A DNA stretch of 64,000 bases. It comes from Parasitella parasitica NRRL 2501 (Eukaryota; Fungi; Mucoromycota). Both the position numbers and the translations under genes were made by a program. The stretch lies in assembly GCA_025201805.1 (NCBI GenBank), contig MU619247.1, positions 17,612 through 81,611 on the forward strand. Reading direction: 5' to 3'. The notes beneath the pieces are model-generated. The model made no database searches and was not told the origin of the DNA. It saw only the letters and a list, made by a program, of their open reading frames with translations. Positions 1 through 13,531 of the stretch are shown in pieces (position 1 is the first letter of the stretch; every line of letters starts with the position of its first letter).

Positions 1-443
1 TTGCACCGTTAGTGTCACTTTTAAAGCGTAGCGCATTGGAAACGGTGTTTTTACCTTGACTTTGCTGATAATCTGCTCCTTGGTCGCTTCGATGTCGCCT
101 GTATAAACTATGCAAACGACATTGGAAAAATCTCGCTGCACATCTCGCAGAGCCGTCCATAGAACCCGTTCTCCTCCACCACCTGCGTTGCTATTGAGAG
201 GATCATTGATTTAGTGGTTTGCTCTCTTGTGATGAAAAAAATAACGTACCAATATGGATGAAAGAATCCTAGAAACAACGGCTTCTCAATACTGGCTGCA
301 GAGGGCCCAAGGTCTTGCAATAATTGCAATCTATGCTCATCAGTTGTATTGGTTATGTAGAGCTTCAGTACGGAAAAAGTCGCCCAAGAAGCAACAAGTA
401 GAGTCGTTAACCAGAATGATAGCGACACAAATAAATCAATCAT
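1..443 (-). CDS. ALG11: Alpha-1,2-mannosyltransferase ALG11, 5' part (gene runs off the window start)
   Basis: ATG at 443 and an N-terminal TM segment. Splicing the GTACGT..TAG intron gives [30 protein letters not shown], the ALG11 N-terminal signature. Confidence 0.92.
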
Positions 444-792
444 CTCGAAACAAAATGAAAGAATGAACAGAAAAAAAAAAAAAAAAAATGGGAGTCTGCC
501 ATAAATAAACACAATGCCAAACACCTCGAGCCAGTCAAAACTTGCCAAATTTGTGGATTTCGCATTTGAATACTTGGAGCTGTATCATACGAACGGAAAA
601 GACATTCTCCGAAATGTGTGAATCGTCTTTTGTCGATCCTCCTTTCAAAAATATAGACAAGCTGCTATTAACATCTCTGTCAGACACGCCGCTGAAAAAA
701 AGCCCCATTGAATCGTTCAAGCTGCCATGAGCTGGCGCAACAACATCAATTCAAGACAAAAGATCGTAAAAATATGGTTGTTCAAAATTTTA

Positions 793-2525
793 TTAATATA
801 TTTTTATCTTGCCATCGCGAACAGCACATGCAATACGCTGGCAGTCTGATTCATTTTCACGAGGCATAATTTTCATGTCGTATACCGTTTCCAACTCACT
901 GCCTGAAAGCTCTGCTTCTACAGCAACGCCTGCAAAGGCTGCCACAAAATCTGCTAAAGGCCCTGTTTGATACGCACTTCCATCCGCTAAATCATGATTT
1001 CGTTGCTTTAATAACCCATTCAAGCATCATTTCACTCATAAAACATACCGCTACTAACACAGAGTACCTTTTCCCCATTTTCATTTGTCTTGACAGCAAG
1101 CGAAGTGATGGCGTATCCATTCCTTTTCCATTTTAATTGAGGCTGATCGAGGCCCTTCTGAAGAGAAAAGAGCTGCACCAGGCCATTTTTACTACCTGCA
1201 AATAACGTCTCTGTCTCTGGTTCGTATGCCATCGATGTAAGGGGATCATCGCTCGTTGGCGTAGCGAAAACCTGCTCATACTATGAGTGCATTGCTATCG
1301 TCGCTATAAAGTAAAACGGTGCATACCTCTTTTTTGGTACCCAAATGAAGGCCACGGATACTCCCATCATCTAATGCAACTAGAACCAGTTTATCTTCTG
1401 TGCCAACTTCCATTGGATCTATTTTGCTCATCGTCAGCGACATAGTGCCCATCGATTACACCTGGATTTACCTAAAGTTGTCTTCTCAGCAGGCTCATAC
1501 TGAGATGGGAGGCTAGTAAGGAGAATCATCTTGTTGATGGCGAATTCATAATTTCCTAATGTGGCGATTGTTGACGATGTACCGCAGTTCCATAATTTGA
1601 CAGTGCCATCACGAGAAGATGCTTTAGAGAAGCATGAACACAACTGCAAAAAGAATGACGACAAAACATATGCTTACATAGAACATTGCGACCCAGAGAA
1701 ACAATAGCGGTACCAGTGATTGCTACAAAGACGTTACTATTGTTTGCATTGTTTATTCTATGACATGACATGCCATGCCATGATGTACCTGAAGTGTGTC
1801 CTTGCAGTGTAACGGGGTTGCTGCCATCCAGCACAGACCAGATTTTGAGCAAAAAGTCGGAACCGCCTGTTAACACCACTAAATTACTAGGAAAAAATTG
1901 AACAGTAGCAACATCATTGAGATGGCCTTTCAGGGTCATTTGGATATCCCCTGAACTGACATGTCCTAGTGAGACTTCAGAGCCATGAGCAGCAGCAAAC
2001 AAATTGCCATTGGGTGATATATCAACGCAAGTTACCTAATAATGCGTTAGGAAAAGAATGTTCATCATCAACCCAACTTACAGGCTTATCCTTAACAGGG
2101 TGAATTTGGATCCGTGGGCTGTACACAGTTATACCTCTGACATCTAATGCTTCACACTCTACTTTGAAGGCACGCTATCGAGTAATGTGTTCAATGATCA
2201 ACATTCGATTTTTGCAGTGTGAAATACTGTACATACAGAGTTCAGCATGGTCACCTTGATGTCATTAGTTCCTTCGAGGGAGGCTTCATAATTGCCCACA
2301 CGACGAACGCTTACTGATCCTTGAATACTCTCTTTGCCTCAAAAGAGTGTTTCGGAGGGGTTAGTTTTATAAGGGTCCCTCCTTGCTCGAGAGTCATATC
2401 CTACCTGTCATGTAGCAAGCAATCCAGAAAGATCCTTCAGGAATCGTGTTTGAAGCCACTTCTCTGACAACATCGTCCCAATCAGCTTGAACAGAAACAA
2501 AGGGCAGAGTTTCTACTGTAGACAT
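793..2525 (-). CDS. WD40 protein, proteasomal ATPase-associated factor 1 (PAAF1/Rpn14-like), multi-exon
   Basis: N-terminus MSTVETLPFVSVQADWDDVV..FWIACY. WD repeats LKGHLNDVATVQFFPSNLVVLTGGSDFLLKIWS, NPVTLQGH and SRDGTVKLWNCG match the PAAF1 pattern. About 7 short GT-AG introns. Confidence 0.8.
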
Positions 2526-2887
2526 TTTTTAAACCTGGTTTGGAGAAAGAGCTTGAGCAAAGTTAATTTGATGGAAAAATGAATTCATGGACCGATGTGT
2601 TCAATATATATTTATATGTATATATATCCATGTCAAGGATTTATCATACAATCAGTGCAATGTAATGCCCACAAGCCAAAATCTTTCGGCTGCAGTCGAT
2701 AGTATATTTGAATTCCAAGCAGATTTGACATGCATCTAGAGACTCTTTGGGCAGACCCATATGATGGACACACCCATAAAGCAATGCTGCGGCAGTCACC
2801 ATACATTGGCATCTCCTTTAGCAAAAAAAATGGCATCTCGTTTTCTTTTTTTTTTCTTTGAGGGTAGATACCATCATAATTTATAAT

Positions 2888-5124
2888 ATGGGAAGACGCA
2901 AAAATTACATGGACGATGGCCAAGATTCTTCTGACGATGAAGAAGCAGGAAGGATCAATTTTGACATCACCGAGGACGACCTTGATGCAGAAATAGCGGG
3001 TTTTTCTGGGCAACGAAATAGACGTCGACAAGCACGATTTGGCGAGAGCGATGACGATGATCAAGACGACCAAGAAGACATACGTGGGGGTTTAGGAGGC
3101 AGAGGAGGACTAGGGCTTGGCCCATCTTTTCTGCTTGCCAAGCAAACAACAGAAACACCAGAAGCATCGCCAGTAAAGAAGGACCCTGTCAAGGAAAAGG
3201 TTAGAGGACGACCATCTGCTAATACGCCACCTCCAGACCCAGGATTTGCGCAATTCAACAAGCATTCGAAAGGATTCGGGCAAAAGATGTTGGAAAAGAT
3301 GGGCTGGAATGTGGGCAAGGGCTTGGGTGCGGATGGTGCAGGTATTGTGAACCCTGTTGAAACAAAGCTGCGTCCTGCTCGAATGGGTTTGAGTTTTAGA
3401 GGGTTTGACGAACGTACAGCGCAGGCTAAATTGGAAGCCAAGGCACGTCGAGGCGAAGCATCCAGCGACGAAGAAAAGGAGCCAGAGCCCAGAGGAAAGA
3501 GACGCAATGCTTGGAAATCGGAGCCTTTGCTCTCTGGGAACGACCAAGTCCATAGAAAGAGAAAACCAAAGACTATCTACAAGACAGCAGCAGAGATTCT
3601 TGCGGAAACCGAGCAGCACCAGATACCCTTGCCGCAACAAAAGATTATTGATATGACAGGACCTGGTGTTCGGGAGATCAATCTTGCAGATATCAAACGT
3701 ACAGATTCCCCTACGTTGATGGAGGTAACAACACGACTACCTGAATTGCGACATAATTTACGCTTGATGGTCGACTTATCTCGAGCAGACTTGGAGAATT
3801 TATCAAGGGAAAAACAGTCAAATGCGTTTAAAATGAAGTCTTTGCAAGATGAGTTGGGAGCGATGAGGGAACACCTGGACAAAGACCAAGAACAGTTGCG
3901 AAAATTAGAGCAACTCAAGACAATCACTAATCAATTAATGCAAATCAGTAAAGATGCGTTGGCGACTGGGGCGTTCAGTACAGGCAACATTACAGCCTTA
4001 TTTGGAGAGCAGTTCCAAACATTAGAGCGAGACTATGCAAGCGAAATAAAATCAATGAACATTGACGCATTGGTGGTATCTGTTTGGGCGCCCATCATGA
4101 AATACACATCAACGAGCTGGGATGTATTAGAGGAGCCGACTAGGGGAGTCGCCGATGTAAAAAAATGGAAGTGCTTATTGACAAAGAACGACGACAGCGA
4201 CGCCGAAAGAGGTTGGACTCGCAACAGATCACAAAAGACCTTGATTTGTACACCTTTCGAAACAATGATGAATACAGTCTGGCTAAACAAAGTGCGAAGC
4301 GCTATAAAGTAAGTCGCAGTGCTATATTCCATCAGTACCATAATACTTACTGCCGTTAATACAGCAATCAGTGGGATATTCACGACCCTGACCCTCTTAT
4401 TCAACTGATGGAAGAATGGGAGCCCGTCTTGCCGAGATTTATTCACGAAAATATCATTCACCAACTCATATTACCCAAGATCAGCCGTGCCGTTTCAGAC
4501 TGGAATCCTCGCACTGATCCTATAATGATTCATACTTGGATACATCCGTGGTTCCCAACACTCAGAGCATGGCGTTTGGCGGAGCTATTCACTCATATTC
4601 GACATAAACTATCAGTTGTGTTGCGCCAATGGCACCCTTCTGATGAATCGGCATTGCATATCATATCGCCCTGGAAAGATGTGTGGACATGGGACCAGTT
4701 GGAACAATTTACGACCAAATCGATTCTGCCAAAATTAACCTTGGTGCTACGGGAGGAATTTCAGGTGGATCCCAGAAACCAAAAATTGGATGCTCTCGTT
4801 TGGTGTCTAGCTTGGAAGAATCTGCTATCGGATACAGTGCTGGGTCTGTTACTGAAGAATGAATTCTTCGACAAATGGCACTCTGTTTTGGTACAATGGC
4901 TCAATTTGGACATGTACAGCATCAATTACGACCAGATTAGTGATTGGTACCGTTGGTGGAGGCAAGTTTTTGACGCCTACGGTTTGGATACTAATAAGAT
5001 TGTCATGCAAGAGTTTAGACGAGGTCTTGAGACAATGAACATGGCATTGGGAGGCGAAGACCTTTACTCCATGGGACTGTCAAAGGATCAGAACCATCCA
5101 TCACGAACGGATCTCATAAAATAA
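2888..5124 (+). CDS. TFIP11: Tuftelin-interacting protein 11 / Spp382 (Ntr1), G-patch + GCFC spliceosome disassembly factor
   Basis: G-patch SKGFGQKMLEKMGWNVGKGLG..GIVNP, plus KIIDMTGP, LPELRHNLRL and Trp-rich GCFC region (IHTWIHPW, WHPSDESA). One intron at about 4309-4363. Confidence 0.92.
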
Positions 5125-5202
5125 AAATTTCTGTAAATGCGGGTTTTTTTTTATTCATACGCGATTTAGACGTGTTCTAAAGTACTTGGGGTTTCTTGGT
5201 TT

Positions 5203-7278
5203 ATGGTTAGAATTACAAATAGTCTCTACCACGAAGCATATAAGTATATCAAGCAAGACTCCTCATTGGGAGGCAATTGTATCATATTTGTAGCTTCTGA
5301 TGTCGATTCAATTTGTGCTGTCCATATTTTCCAGGTATATAAAAAAAAAAAAAAAAAGAAACAGAAACAGAGAAATTCCATGTGTATTTTAGTAACCATA
5401 CACCACTAATTAAACCCACAGGCATTATTAAGGAGCGACATTATACCTCATAAAATTGTACCTGTATCCGGCCATAAGGACCTAGAAGAAGCAAATGAAA
5501 AACTTGTTTCCAAAGATGAAAATTTGCGTTCGATTGTCATGATCAATTGCGGAGGAGGCATCATGATTGGAAACTTGTTCACAGCACACGCAGAAGCAAA
5601 AGTATACATTATTGATAGCCACAGACCACTCCTACTCGACAACCTACTTGAAGATAACAACCAGATTTGTGTATTTGACGATGAGAGCGATTCACACCGA
5701 ATGGTGGCAGCCATCAGTGCATGCGAAATAGCCATGGCCGCAGAGGATGAAGATTCTGACGAGGACAACTTTGATGAAGATGAGGAGGAAGACGAAGATG
5801 GGCGACCGATAAATCCTCGCAGCAGGCAAAGGAGAAGACTCAATGAAACGCTTACACCAGCAGAGAGAAGCGAAAGACGTAAAGCTAATCGCACGATAGT
5901 AGACTATTACAATCAAGGCGCCTCTTTTGCAAATTCAGTATCCGGATCAGTGTATGAACTAGCGCAACAACTCGGAAAAACCAACAATGACATGTTATGG
6001 CTTGCAATTGTTGGCGTCACATCACAATATATATTCGAAAAGATTGATACAGCCAGATATGCAGATCAAGTCAACATTTTTCGAGATGATAGAGCAAGGC
6101 TAAATGTGGATAGAGCTGAAGACGGTCAACTACAGAGTATAAACAACATTGTTATAAAATCAGAGGATGAATATCGGTTCATGATGTTTCGACATTGGAG
6201 TCTCTATGACAGCATGTACCATTCTGGTTATGTGTCCAGTAAATTAGCCGTTTGGAAAGACGCAGGGAAAAAGAGGCTGAATAACATGTTTGCAAAAATG
6301 GGCTTCTCACTGCAGCAATGCCAACAAGTATATACCCACATGGACATGGATCTAAAACAGATGCTTAGAAACAAAATCGAGGTCGTTGCTCCTTTGTATG
6401 GCTTGACTGATATTTGCTATCCCAGTTTCACTAAAAGCTATGGATGGGAGTGCTGTTTATCAGCAAGTGATGTCGTTTATTCATTGTCGACTATTTTAGA
6501 GACAAGCCCTGCTGCTGCAACAAGGTTAGGCGCTGAAATTAAGCACAGACATGGTAACGAGGACGATTGGAAGCCAACTCAGTCATCGTCGGATACAGCA
6601 GAACTGCAATGTGGAAGGAAGGATTGGTGGATGAGAAATTTCTTCACCGCTTATGATGCTCTAAAAGATGCCTCGCCTGAAATCATCTTGCAAGGTTTGA
6701 AACTATGCATGGAAACTCAAAAAGCAGTTGTGAGGCAGGGAACCTCAGTTATAGACAAGAAAATGGTCAAGCTACTCAAGAATTTTCGATTTGTAAATGT
6801 CCGAAATACAGCCGAGTTGCCAATATTCCAACATCCTTCTTCGTTGACAAAACTTGGACTGTTTCTGACAGATGCATATAGAGTGAGTGCCTGCAATATC
6901 ACCGGAGTTTATATTTTATTATGTCGGAGATTAGTTTTTTCTGATAGTTTCAAACTCAATTCAGGAACATGGAAAGAAAAATTTGCCCATTGTCTTGTCT
7001 TCTTTTGATGAAGAGTACAATACATGTCTAGTCATTGCATTGTCGGGTGCGCCTACATTTGGAGATGTCCGCAAAAAGTAAGTTAATATTGACGTGTTCC
7101 CTACTATGGATAGAGTCTAACTTTGAGGGAGTGTAGCACATTTGGCTTGTCATTTGAGGAGGCGGTTGAAAATACAAAGGCACGAATATCGTTTGACAGT
7201 TTCGACCAAACAGTCATCCAAGTACATAATAATGATATTGAACATTTTATTGAATCATTACACTATAAACCAAGATAA
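5203..7278 (+). CDS. CDC45: DNA replication initiation factor Cdc45
   Basis: IFVASDVDSICA, MINCGG, IIDSHRP, LWLAIVG, FRHWSLYDSM and AKMG motifs. Three introns; last exon ends HYKPR-TAA at 7278. Confidence 0.95.
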
Positions 7279-7298
7279 TACAATGTAAATTATTCCCC

Positions 7299-8778
7299 TT
7301 ATTTTAGTGCTTTTTTAGATTCTTTAAATAAAAATGCAATAAATACAAAAAATAACGCAATGAATGATACGTTAGCTACTACTATTCTAAATGCAGTGTC
7401 TTCAAAATTATGTTTCTGACTTTTGGCAATGGTTGTCAAACTACCATTCGAAGGCTGTATTTGCTGTAGTGTGTAGTTAGGTCTAGTAAATTCGTCTTGA
7501 GGTCGTGGCGTCCAGTCTGGTTGATAGGGTGGGCCGTTGGCTATGTAATTCCATTTACCCGAGGCAGAACAAGATTGATCTGCCAAGAAAATGTGAGCTT
7601 CATTGGGATCATGATAGGCATGGGTTTGATTTAGGTCACTTTTAAATGCCCACCAGGGTAATACACCGCGACACACTGAACAATAACTTGATATTTGGTT
7701 GAAAGCTATTGTATCATTCCATCGGCTAATAAATTCAGGTTCTAGTCTGTCTTTGGGTGCAATGTCAATGGCGTGTTGTCTATACGATAAATACTGCAAA
7801 TAGGCTGTATCATTGTTGTGTAAATAATTAATATAATCTGCTAAATCTTTTGGATCAGGATATGCATCCATATAAATCACAGATCTATTTGTAGGAATAT
7901 AGCCCTGGTAGCTAGATGGTCCATCTACTATAGGGACGGCTGATAAGGTTAACGTGTCGTATAATTTTTCAGTGGCATAGTCTTCACAATTAGAGTTCTC
8001 AACTGCCAGATAAAACTTGTATTCTGCAATAAGGTCTGAGCGAGACTTATCCAATGGAAATGGCTTATTATTTAAACAACTTCCGTAGCTATGAACATCC
8101 ACGTATTCCATTAATTTTTCAATGTACTTTTCTCTTCCGTTAGTTGCTCTACAGTTTTTAGCGATCCATAGGATAGGTGCTGATTTGGTTTTCGTTTTAA
8201 TAAAATCTTTCGGTAGCGGCCTATTTACTACATCCATGATTGCGGGTGAAAAATACGAGAACAAAAAAGTTGATTTGAAGTTATACGAGGCCAAATAGTC
8301 AAAATCACGCATAATTTCCTTATCAGCTCTGAATATACTTGAGAATGGTGTTTCCAAAGACTCTAAAATCCACGGTTGATTGGTGGCGTCTTTATCTCAG
8401 TTTAAACTTAGCACAAACGCACTGGATGAATCTTTTGTGTTCAAAACCTACGATCTTGTAATTCAGCTAGCATCATATCCGGGGCATGGAACATTAAAGC
8501 AGCAGCATCCTTTATATCATTTCTTGCGCTTGTCAGTGTACACCAATGGTCGTCTTTTGTATCAATATCGAATTCATCTGGTATTGGACAATCTCTCGCA
8601 GTGAACTTTTTGTCCTCCACTGAATAGTGTCAAATCAGGGGCAGTTAAATATCAATTAAAACAGGTTTGGTGTATAAAATTCAGTTACCAAATTTTCTGG
8701 AACCAAACCAAGGAGTCGCATATACGATTTTCAATGGCGGTAATGTCGTTGCCATCGCGAACAAAATGTTCAGTTGTT
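7299..8778 (-). CDS. Alpha-1,3/1,4-fucosyltransferase, glycosyltransferase family 10 (true start probably lost in the N-gap)
   Basis: GT10 motif YKFYLAVENSNCEDYATEKL and VHSYGSCLNN. Upstream exons read KIVYATPWFG..DAAALMFHAPD..QPWILESLETP (GT10 N-terminal domain). C-terminal hydrophobic helix. Confidence 0.88.
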
Positions 8779-8788
8779 NNNNNNNNNN

Positions 8789-8831
<43 letters not shown>

Positions 8832-8834
8832 AAA
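8779..8834. other. Assembly gap (10 N) followed by a ~46-nt A tract
   Basis: n x10 at 8779-8788, then a near-pure poly(A). Typical contig break at a homopolymer. Confidence 0.95.
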
Positions 8835-8890
8835 CGCCAAGTTATAAGTTTTAAAATTTCATTTTATTGTTGTAATACGTTCCTTGCGTT

Positions 8891-9962
8891 TTATACTAGT
8901 GGATCAGCAAAGGGATCTTCCAGGCCTCCTTCTCCTTCTCCTTCTTCTTCGTTAGAACTTGTTGTCAGCATAGCATCATGCATATCAAGTGCTTTTAAAA
9001 GAACTTCGTTTGCTGCAAGCAACGTGCCAATCCATTCTTCATCTTCAACAAGACGAATATAATAAACGATTTTTTTGCTATCCTGTTCACAACGTAAATA
9101 ATTCTCTTGTATTGCCTTATCGCTCAGCTCTACATGTTGCAATGCGTTGATCAGGTTGTTTGCTGACTGTGTTGCCATGGCAATTTGCTGAATAATTTTA
9201 GATTTGGATTTTTCAAAATCGAATGCGACATCATTTGTTTGTGCAGTTGACAAAATAGCCAACGAACTTTTACTTGTGGGCATAGTCTTTGCTGTAGCTG
9301 GCGTATTGACTTTGTAGCTGCTGAAACTCTTTTTCAACAATCCAACAAATGGTATAGGCTTTCTTGGCTCGAGATAAAGTCTGCCCTTATCGTATAGCTC
9401 TTGTAGTACTCGTACACCCCTTTCATTTTTAAATCGGATCGACCAAATGCCTAGCAGTGTAACCAGCAATTTCCTTACTCTGATGTCCTCGGTGGAAGAT
9501 TCTATAATGTGGTCAAACATTTCTTTCATTTTGTCATGGTGTACCAGCTCCCCTATTCTCGTAATACATTAAAAATGGCTCAACCTTGGGCATAAATTTA
9601 TTTACTGCAAAAACGCTGGTTGGAATTTTCCATCAACAATCGCAAAATCTAGATACACAATAGGGCTTAATTTCAATGGTTTTTATGCTGATAAAAAGCA
9701 GGTTACCTCCAACGCTCGTAGTTTTTGTTCCGATGTACCATGCTTAAGCTTTTTTCTTATAGCGTCAATTGCTTCTCTAGCTCCACTTGATTGCATACAG
9801 ATGGATTCTATCAACTGCTGGAATTGGAACCATTCAATTTGATCGTAACTGGACAGATTATCTGATTCCCGGGTTAAAACCATCTGCAAGCATAGAATAT
9901 ATGCAGTACTTACCGATATATACTGTAATAGAAGACTTGATGTTGGCAGAGAAAATACCCAT
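8891..9962 (-). CDS. VHS-GAT domain endocytic adaptor (Lsb5/TOM1-like)
   Basis: MGIFS..SSITVYI, GAREAIDAIRKKLKHG..QKLRAL (VHS), ANNLINAL..KIVYYIRLVEDEEWIGTLLAANEVLLKAL (GAT) and a C-terminal DPFADP motif. Three introns. Confidence 0.82.
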
Positions 9963-10061
9963 TGCAAATAAAAATAGCAAACAAGCAAGATATAAAAAAA
10001 AAAAAAAAAAAAAAAATGAAGAGGAAAGAAGCATCGATATGCGCTTATGTATGTACATGAT

Positions 10062-10871
10062 TTATTTACGACGAAATACTAATGCAGCACCATCTCTACC
10101 GCTACTAATATTCACAACTGCTTCTTTTCTTGGTACATTATGCCTATTCATGTGGATCTTTCTCATGTTTAAAATGTTCTTGTTGGTTTTCTGTAATTTG
10201 GGGCGATTGTTCAACACTTTAACGGTATATTCTCCAACAGTTCTTCCTTCTTTTGTAGTCTTTCGCTTCTTTGCTCGCTCTTTTTCCTCTGCCTCTTCTT
10301 CAGCAATCATTCTCTCAAATTCTTCGGTTGTCACATGCCTTCTTTTATTGGCTTCCTCCTCTTGTTCCTCCAATAAAGCTTGCTGTAAAAGATCGCTTGG
10401 CAATAATTCAGCTCCCTCGTCATCTTCAACATCATCTCCATTCTCCAGCTTTTCTTGCTCTCTCTGCCTTCTCTTTTCCATTTTTTCTTCATATTTTTTT
10501 TCTAACTTCTCCTTCTTTGCCTTTTTCTCTATCTCTTTCAATTGTCTTTTACTGCCTTCTTTTTGATCTTTCAAGAACTGTTCCCTTTGTCTACGCTTTT
10601 CTTTTGCAGCTGCAATGATTCTAACATTGCACATGTATGTGCGTTAATTAATCATGATAATTGATGAATCTACAAGTTTTGCTTACTTGTCCGAAGCTTC
10701 TTTTTCGGCATGTGCTTTAGATTTTAAACTCTCTTTAGCTTTAAAGGTGCTGATAGCTTCTGGTGCTTCATCATCAGATGAAGGTTGATCAAAAATGTCA
10801 TCATCTTGTTGCTTTTTGGTTGACTCAGGAATGACAATCTCAGCATCTTCTTCAAAAACAATCTTTGCCAT
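10062..10871 (-). CDS. Charged nucleolar protein, U3 snoRNA-associated Utp16/Bud21/NOL7-like
   Basis: SDDEAPEAIS followed by KEKRRQREQFLKDQK and LLPSDLL, the pattern typical of this family. One intron at about 10624-10686. Confidence 0.55.
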
Positions 10872-12278
10872 GTTGTGTATATTTGATTGGAATATTGCCA
10901 AAAGGATGAGCAAGATTTTTCCTGTCATTTATCCATCGTTAGGAGTGGCTTGTTGATGTGACGACCAGCTTTTGCACTCCTGTTCATGCAATACGGTGCT
11001 TCGGTTTTCCTTACTAGTTTTGTCCAAGGTAGTGTCAATAAAGTGCATTATACAGCCACTCATTAAGTTGCCTTGTGTTTAATCAAGAACATATAACTAT
11101 TTGGAGTACACTGGATTCAGTAATTTTTTTTTTTTTTTTTTTTAACTACGTTGTAAATCAGTATAAAGCTTTAAAAAAATTTAAACATTGTATTTAATGG
11201 CTTTACTTTTATGTTATTAACAATATCATGAGAGACGCAATGAGAATGGTGGGATCTTTACCTTGAAATATGAGATGTTCTAACAGCTAAGTGATCAGCT
11301 TGCGAAAACTTGACTAATACAGCTATTCGTAATAAGCAAGCATTGGCTCCTTTCAAGCTGAAAGTTCGTATCAGCACATCGGTATTGCAAAAGAATGCAT
11401 AAATTTTTTCAGATCACTACAATAGGGATCTTTTGTAGTAATAAAAAGAACAAACTTTAGTATACAGATACTGTGCCGTATGCCTGCTTTTCTAGCATAC
11501 ACATGATTTCAATTTAGGAGCAAGATATAAGCCCTATAGGCAACTTAAATGAGACTATATTATCATAATCAATAGGTGTGAAGCGATAGAATATAGCCAC
11601 AAAAGCCATTTTCATGTTGCTTCGTGTTTGGTTGAGATAAATTGGACACAGTTTAGGCCATTACTTCCCCCGCCCCCCTCCCCTGCTTGAAGGCGTAATC
11701 TGCACTCTCTAATATATTTGCAAACTATCAAGCTATGGAAAGACTCAAATTTCGGCCAAACTCTACTTCTTTTGCACCATTCTACAACATATCCGAGTCT
11801 CGTGCACCTCTGACCATATAAATATCAGATATCTGCTCGTAAATTCTGCCAAAATAATCGTAGAACCGCGATCTACACTCGAAAAACTTAGCGTTGACTT
11901 GGCGCTATCTGAGCATAACTTAGTTTTCACTGGGCGATGTCTCTACCGAATACATATTCAAAAATAGAAGGACATGATGACAATGGAATTTACATAAATG
12001 TGGTCTTTTTTTTTTCTATGAATACGACACATGAAACTCACCAAAAATCAAATAACTGCTTTTTTGCTAATTACTCTGGATAGACACATCACCCTTAAGA
12101 AAAGGAGCGGCAGATCCTTCAATCAAGTTGAAATGCGATTAAAATAAGCATCTACAACAATCGATTGTATAAATGTTACAATTAAGTTTAGTAATTTAGC
12201 ATCGTTAAATGCGTATTTTATGACTATATATATAACGAGTGTATACATTTTATTAACGCAGCGTATAGATTGCAGCTT

Positions 12279-13184
12279 TCATACCATGCCTTCTCCTGCT
12301 GTTGGCTCTGAACAAATAATTTTTTCCATTTGTTTTGCTCTGAAGTAATCAGCCAACGATCTAATAATAATAAACCAGCCGACCATCATCAAGAAATAAG
12401 CAATAATATCAGCATCTGCACTATCGTCTTTTGGTGACGATGATGATGACCCTGATTTGGATGAGGTATCTTGTTGATCTCCATAATAATAATCATCATC
12501 TTCTAATGTACCACCTTTGTTAGAAAGAGTATATTAATATGCTGGTTACACACACACACACACACGATTTGCTTTAAATGTTGATGAACATACGACTACG
12601 AATATAGAAACCCGTCTGAACCAGAGATATGCCAAGGCCAGCCCGCGATCCTTGCTATTGAGATGGAAGATGAATACCAAATGTTCATGTAGCCGCCAAA
12701 TTAAATTTTACAAACCTTTGATGCGTGAGATGTATGTAATAAATACGTCAACATAAATCCTACAAACTGGAAACTTGCAGATACTAGAAATGATCTGTGA
12801 GTATATATACATATTACTTCTCAATAGGTATTGCGACACTTACTTAATAAATTCCAAAAGAAAGCAAATATACTGCCGACAGGTATCCCCTCTACAAGAA
12901 CAATGTCGCCCATACCAGCTGGTGCAATGATTGTAGTTTGCCAATAAGGTGGTGTGGCATCAGCCGCTGCTTCTTCGTATGTCTATACGAGTTGTATTTT
13001 TTAATAAATCAATTAGTGCCCCTTTCACTAAACGAATATACTTACAGGAGGGGTCTCATCCAGTTTATTACTCTCTGTCTCTGGCTTGGCTGACATGTTT
13101 GCAAACACACCATCAGTTGATACTGGTAAAGCGACATTTGCGCCTCTTTGAATATTTGTTAATTGTTGTTGTTGTTGTTGTTGC

Positions 13185-13217
<33 letters not shown>

Positions 13218-13531
13218 GTGTACTGTGGCTGAGGAGAATATGAAATGGTAGCCAAGGTAGTGTTATCATCATCGTCGCTTTCATCTTGGATATTATTGTG
13301 GTAATTCAATAATGTGTCCATTGCTGTAGCATGCTCGTCATCATCGAAAGACTCTCCAAAAGAGTCTTGCAAGTCATTGTGTTGCTGATTTGCTGCTGAA
13401 GACGACGCTTCGTAATGGTGATTGCTATCTTGTTCTGTTGAGGACAACTGTACACAAATTATAAGTTTAGCTTATCTCAATCTCGTAGTCTCACTCAATG
13501 AATAAATTACTTTCTGATATCGAGTCGACAT
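12279..13531 (-). CDS. BSD2: Metal homeostasis protein Bsd2 / NDFIP-like Rsp5 adaptor (DUF2370)
   Basis: Spliced product contains DGVFANMSAKPE, PPTYEEAAADATPPYWQTT (PY motifs) and FFWNLLVSASFQFVGFMLTYLLHTSHASKQGSRAGLG. Several short introns; polyQ tract. Confidence 0.9.
13162..13218. repeat. (TTG/CAA)n microsatellite encoding polyQ in BSD2
   Basis: About 19 Gln codons on the minus strand. Confidence 0.9.

Noticed and set aside
8667-9062. Poly-Lys ORF (also 26877-27182)
   Set aside because: Arises from reading through the N-gap and homopolymer tracts.
9787-10618. 259-aa and 115-aa hydrophobic/Ser-Phe-rich ORFs on +
   Set aside because: Antisense shadows of the Lys/Glu-rich minus-strand gene.
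10940-11062. U12 snRNA-like word (minus strand CCTT..AGTAAGGAAAA) inside an 8-bp terminal stem GAGTGGCT/AGCCACTC
   Set aside because: The 5' stem spacing differs from U12 and no Sm site (AATTTTTG) follows. More likely promoter sequence of the Utp16-like gene; an Infernal/Rfam scan would settle it.
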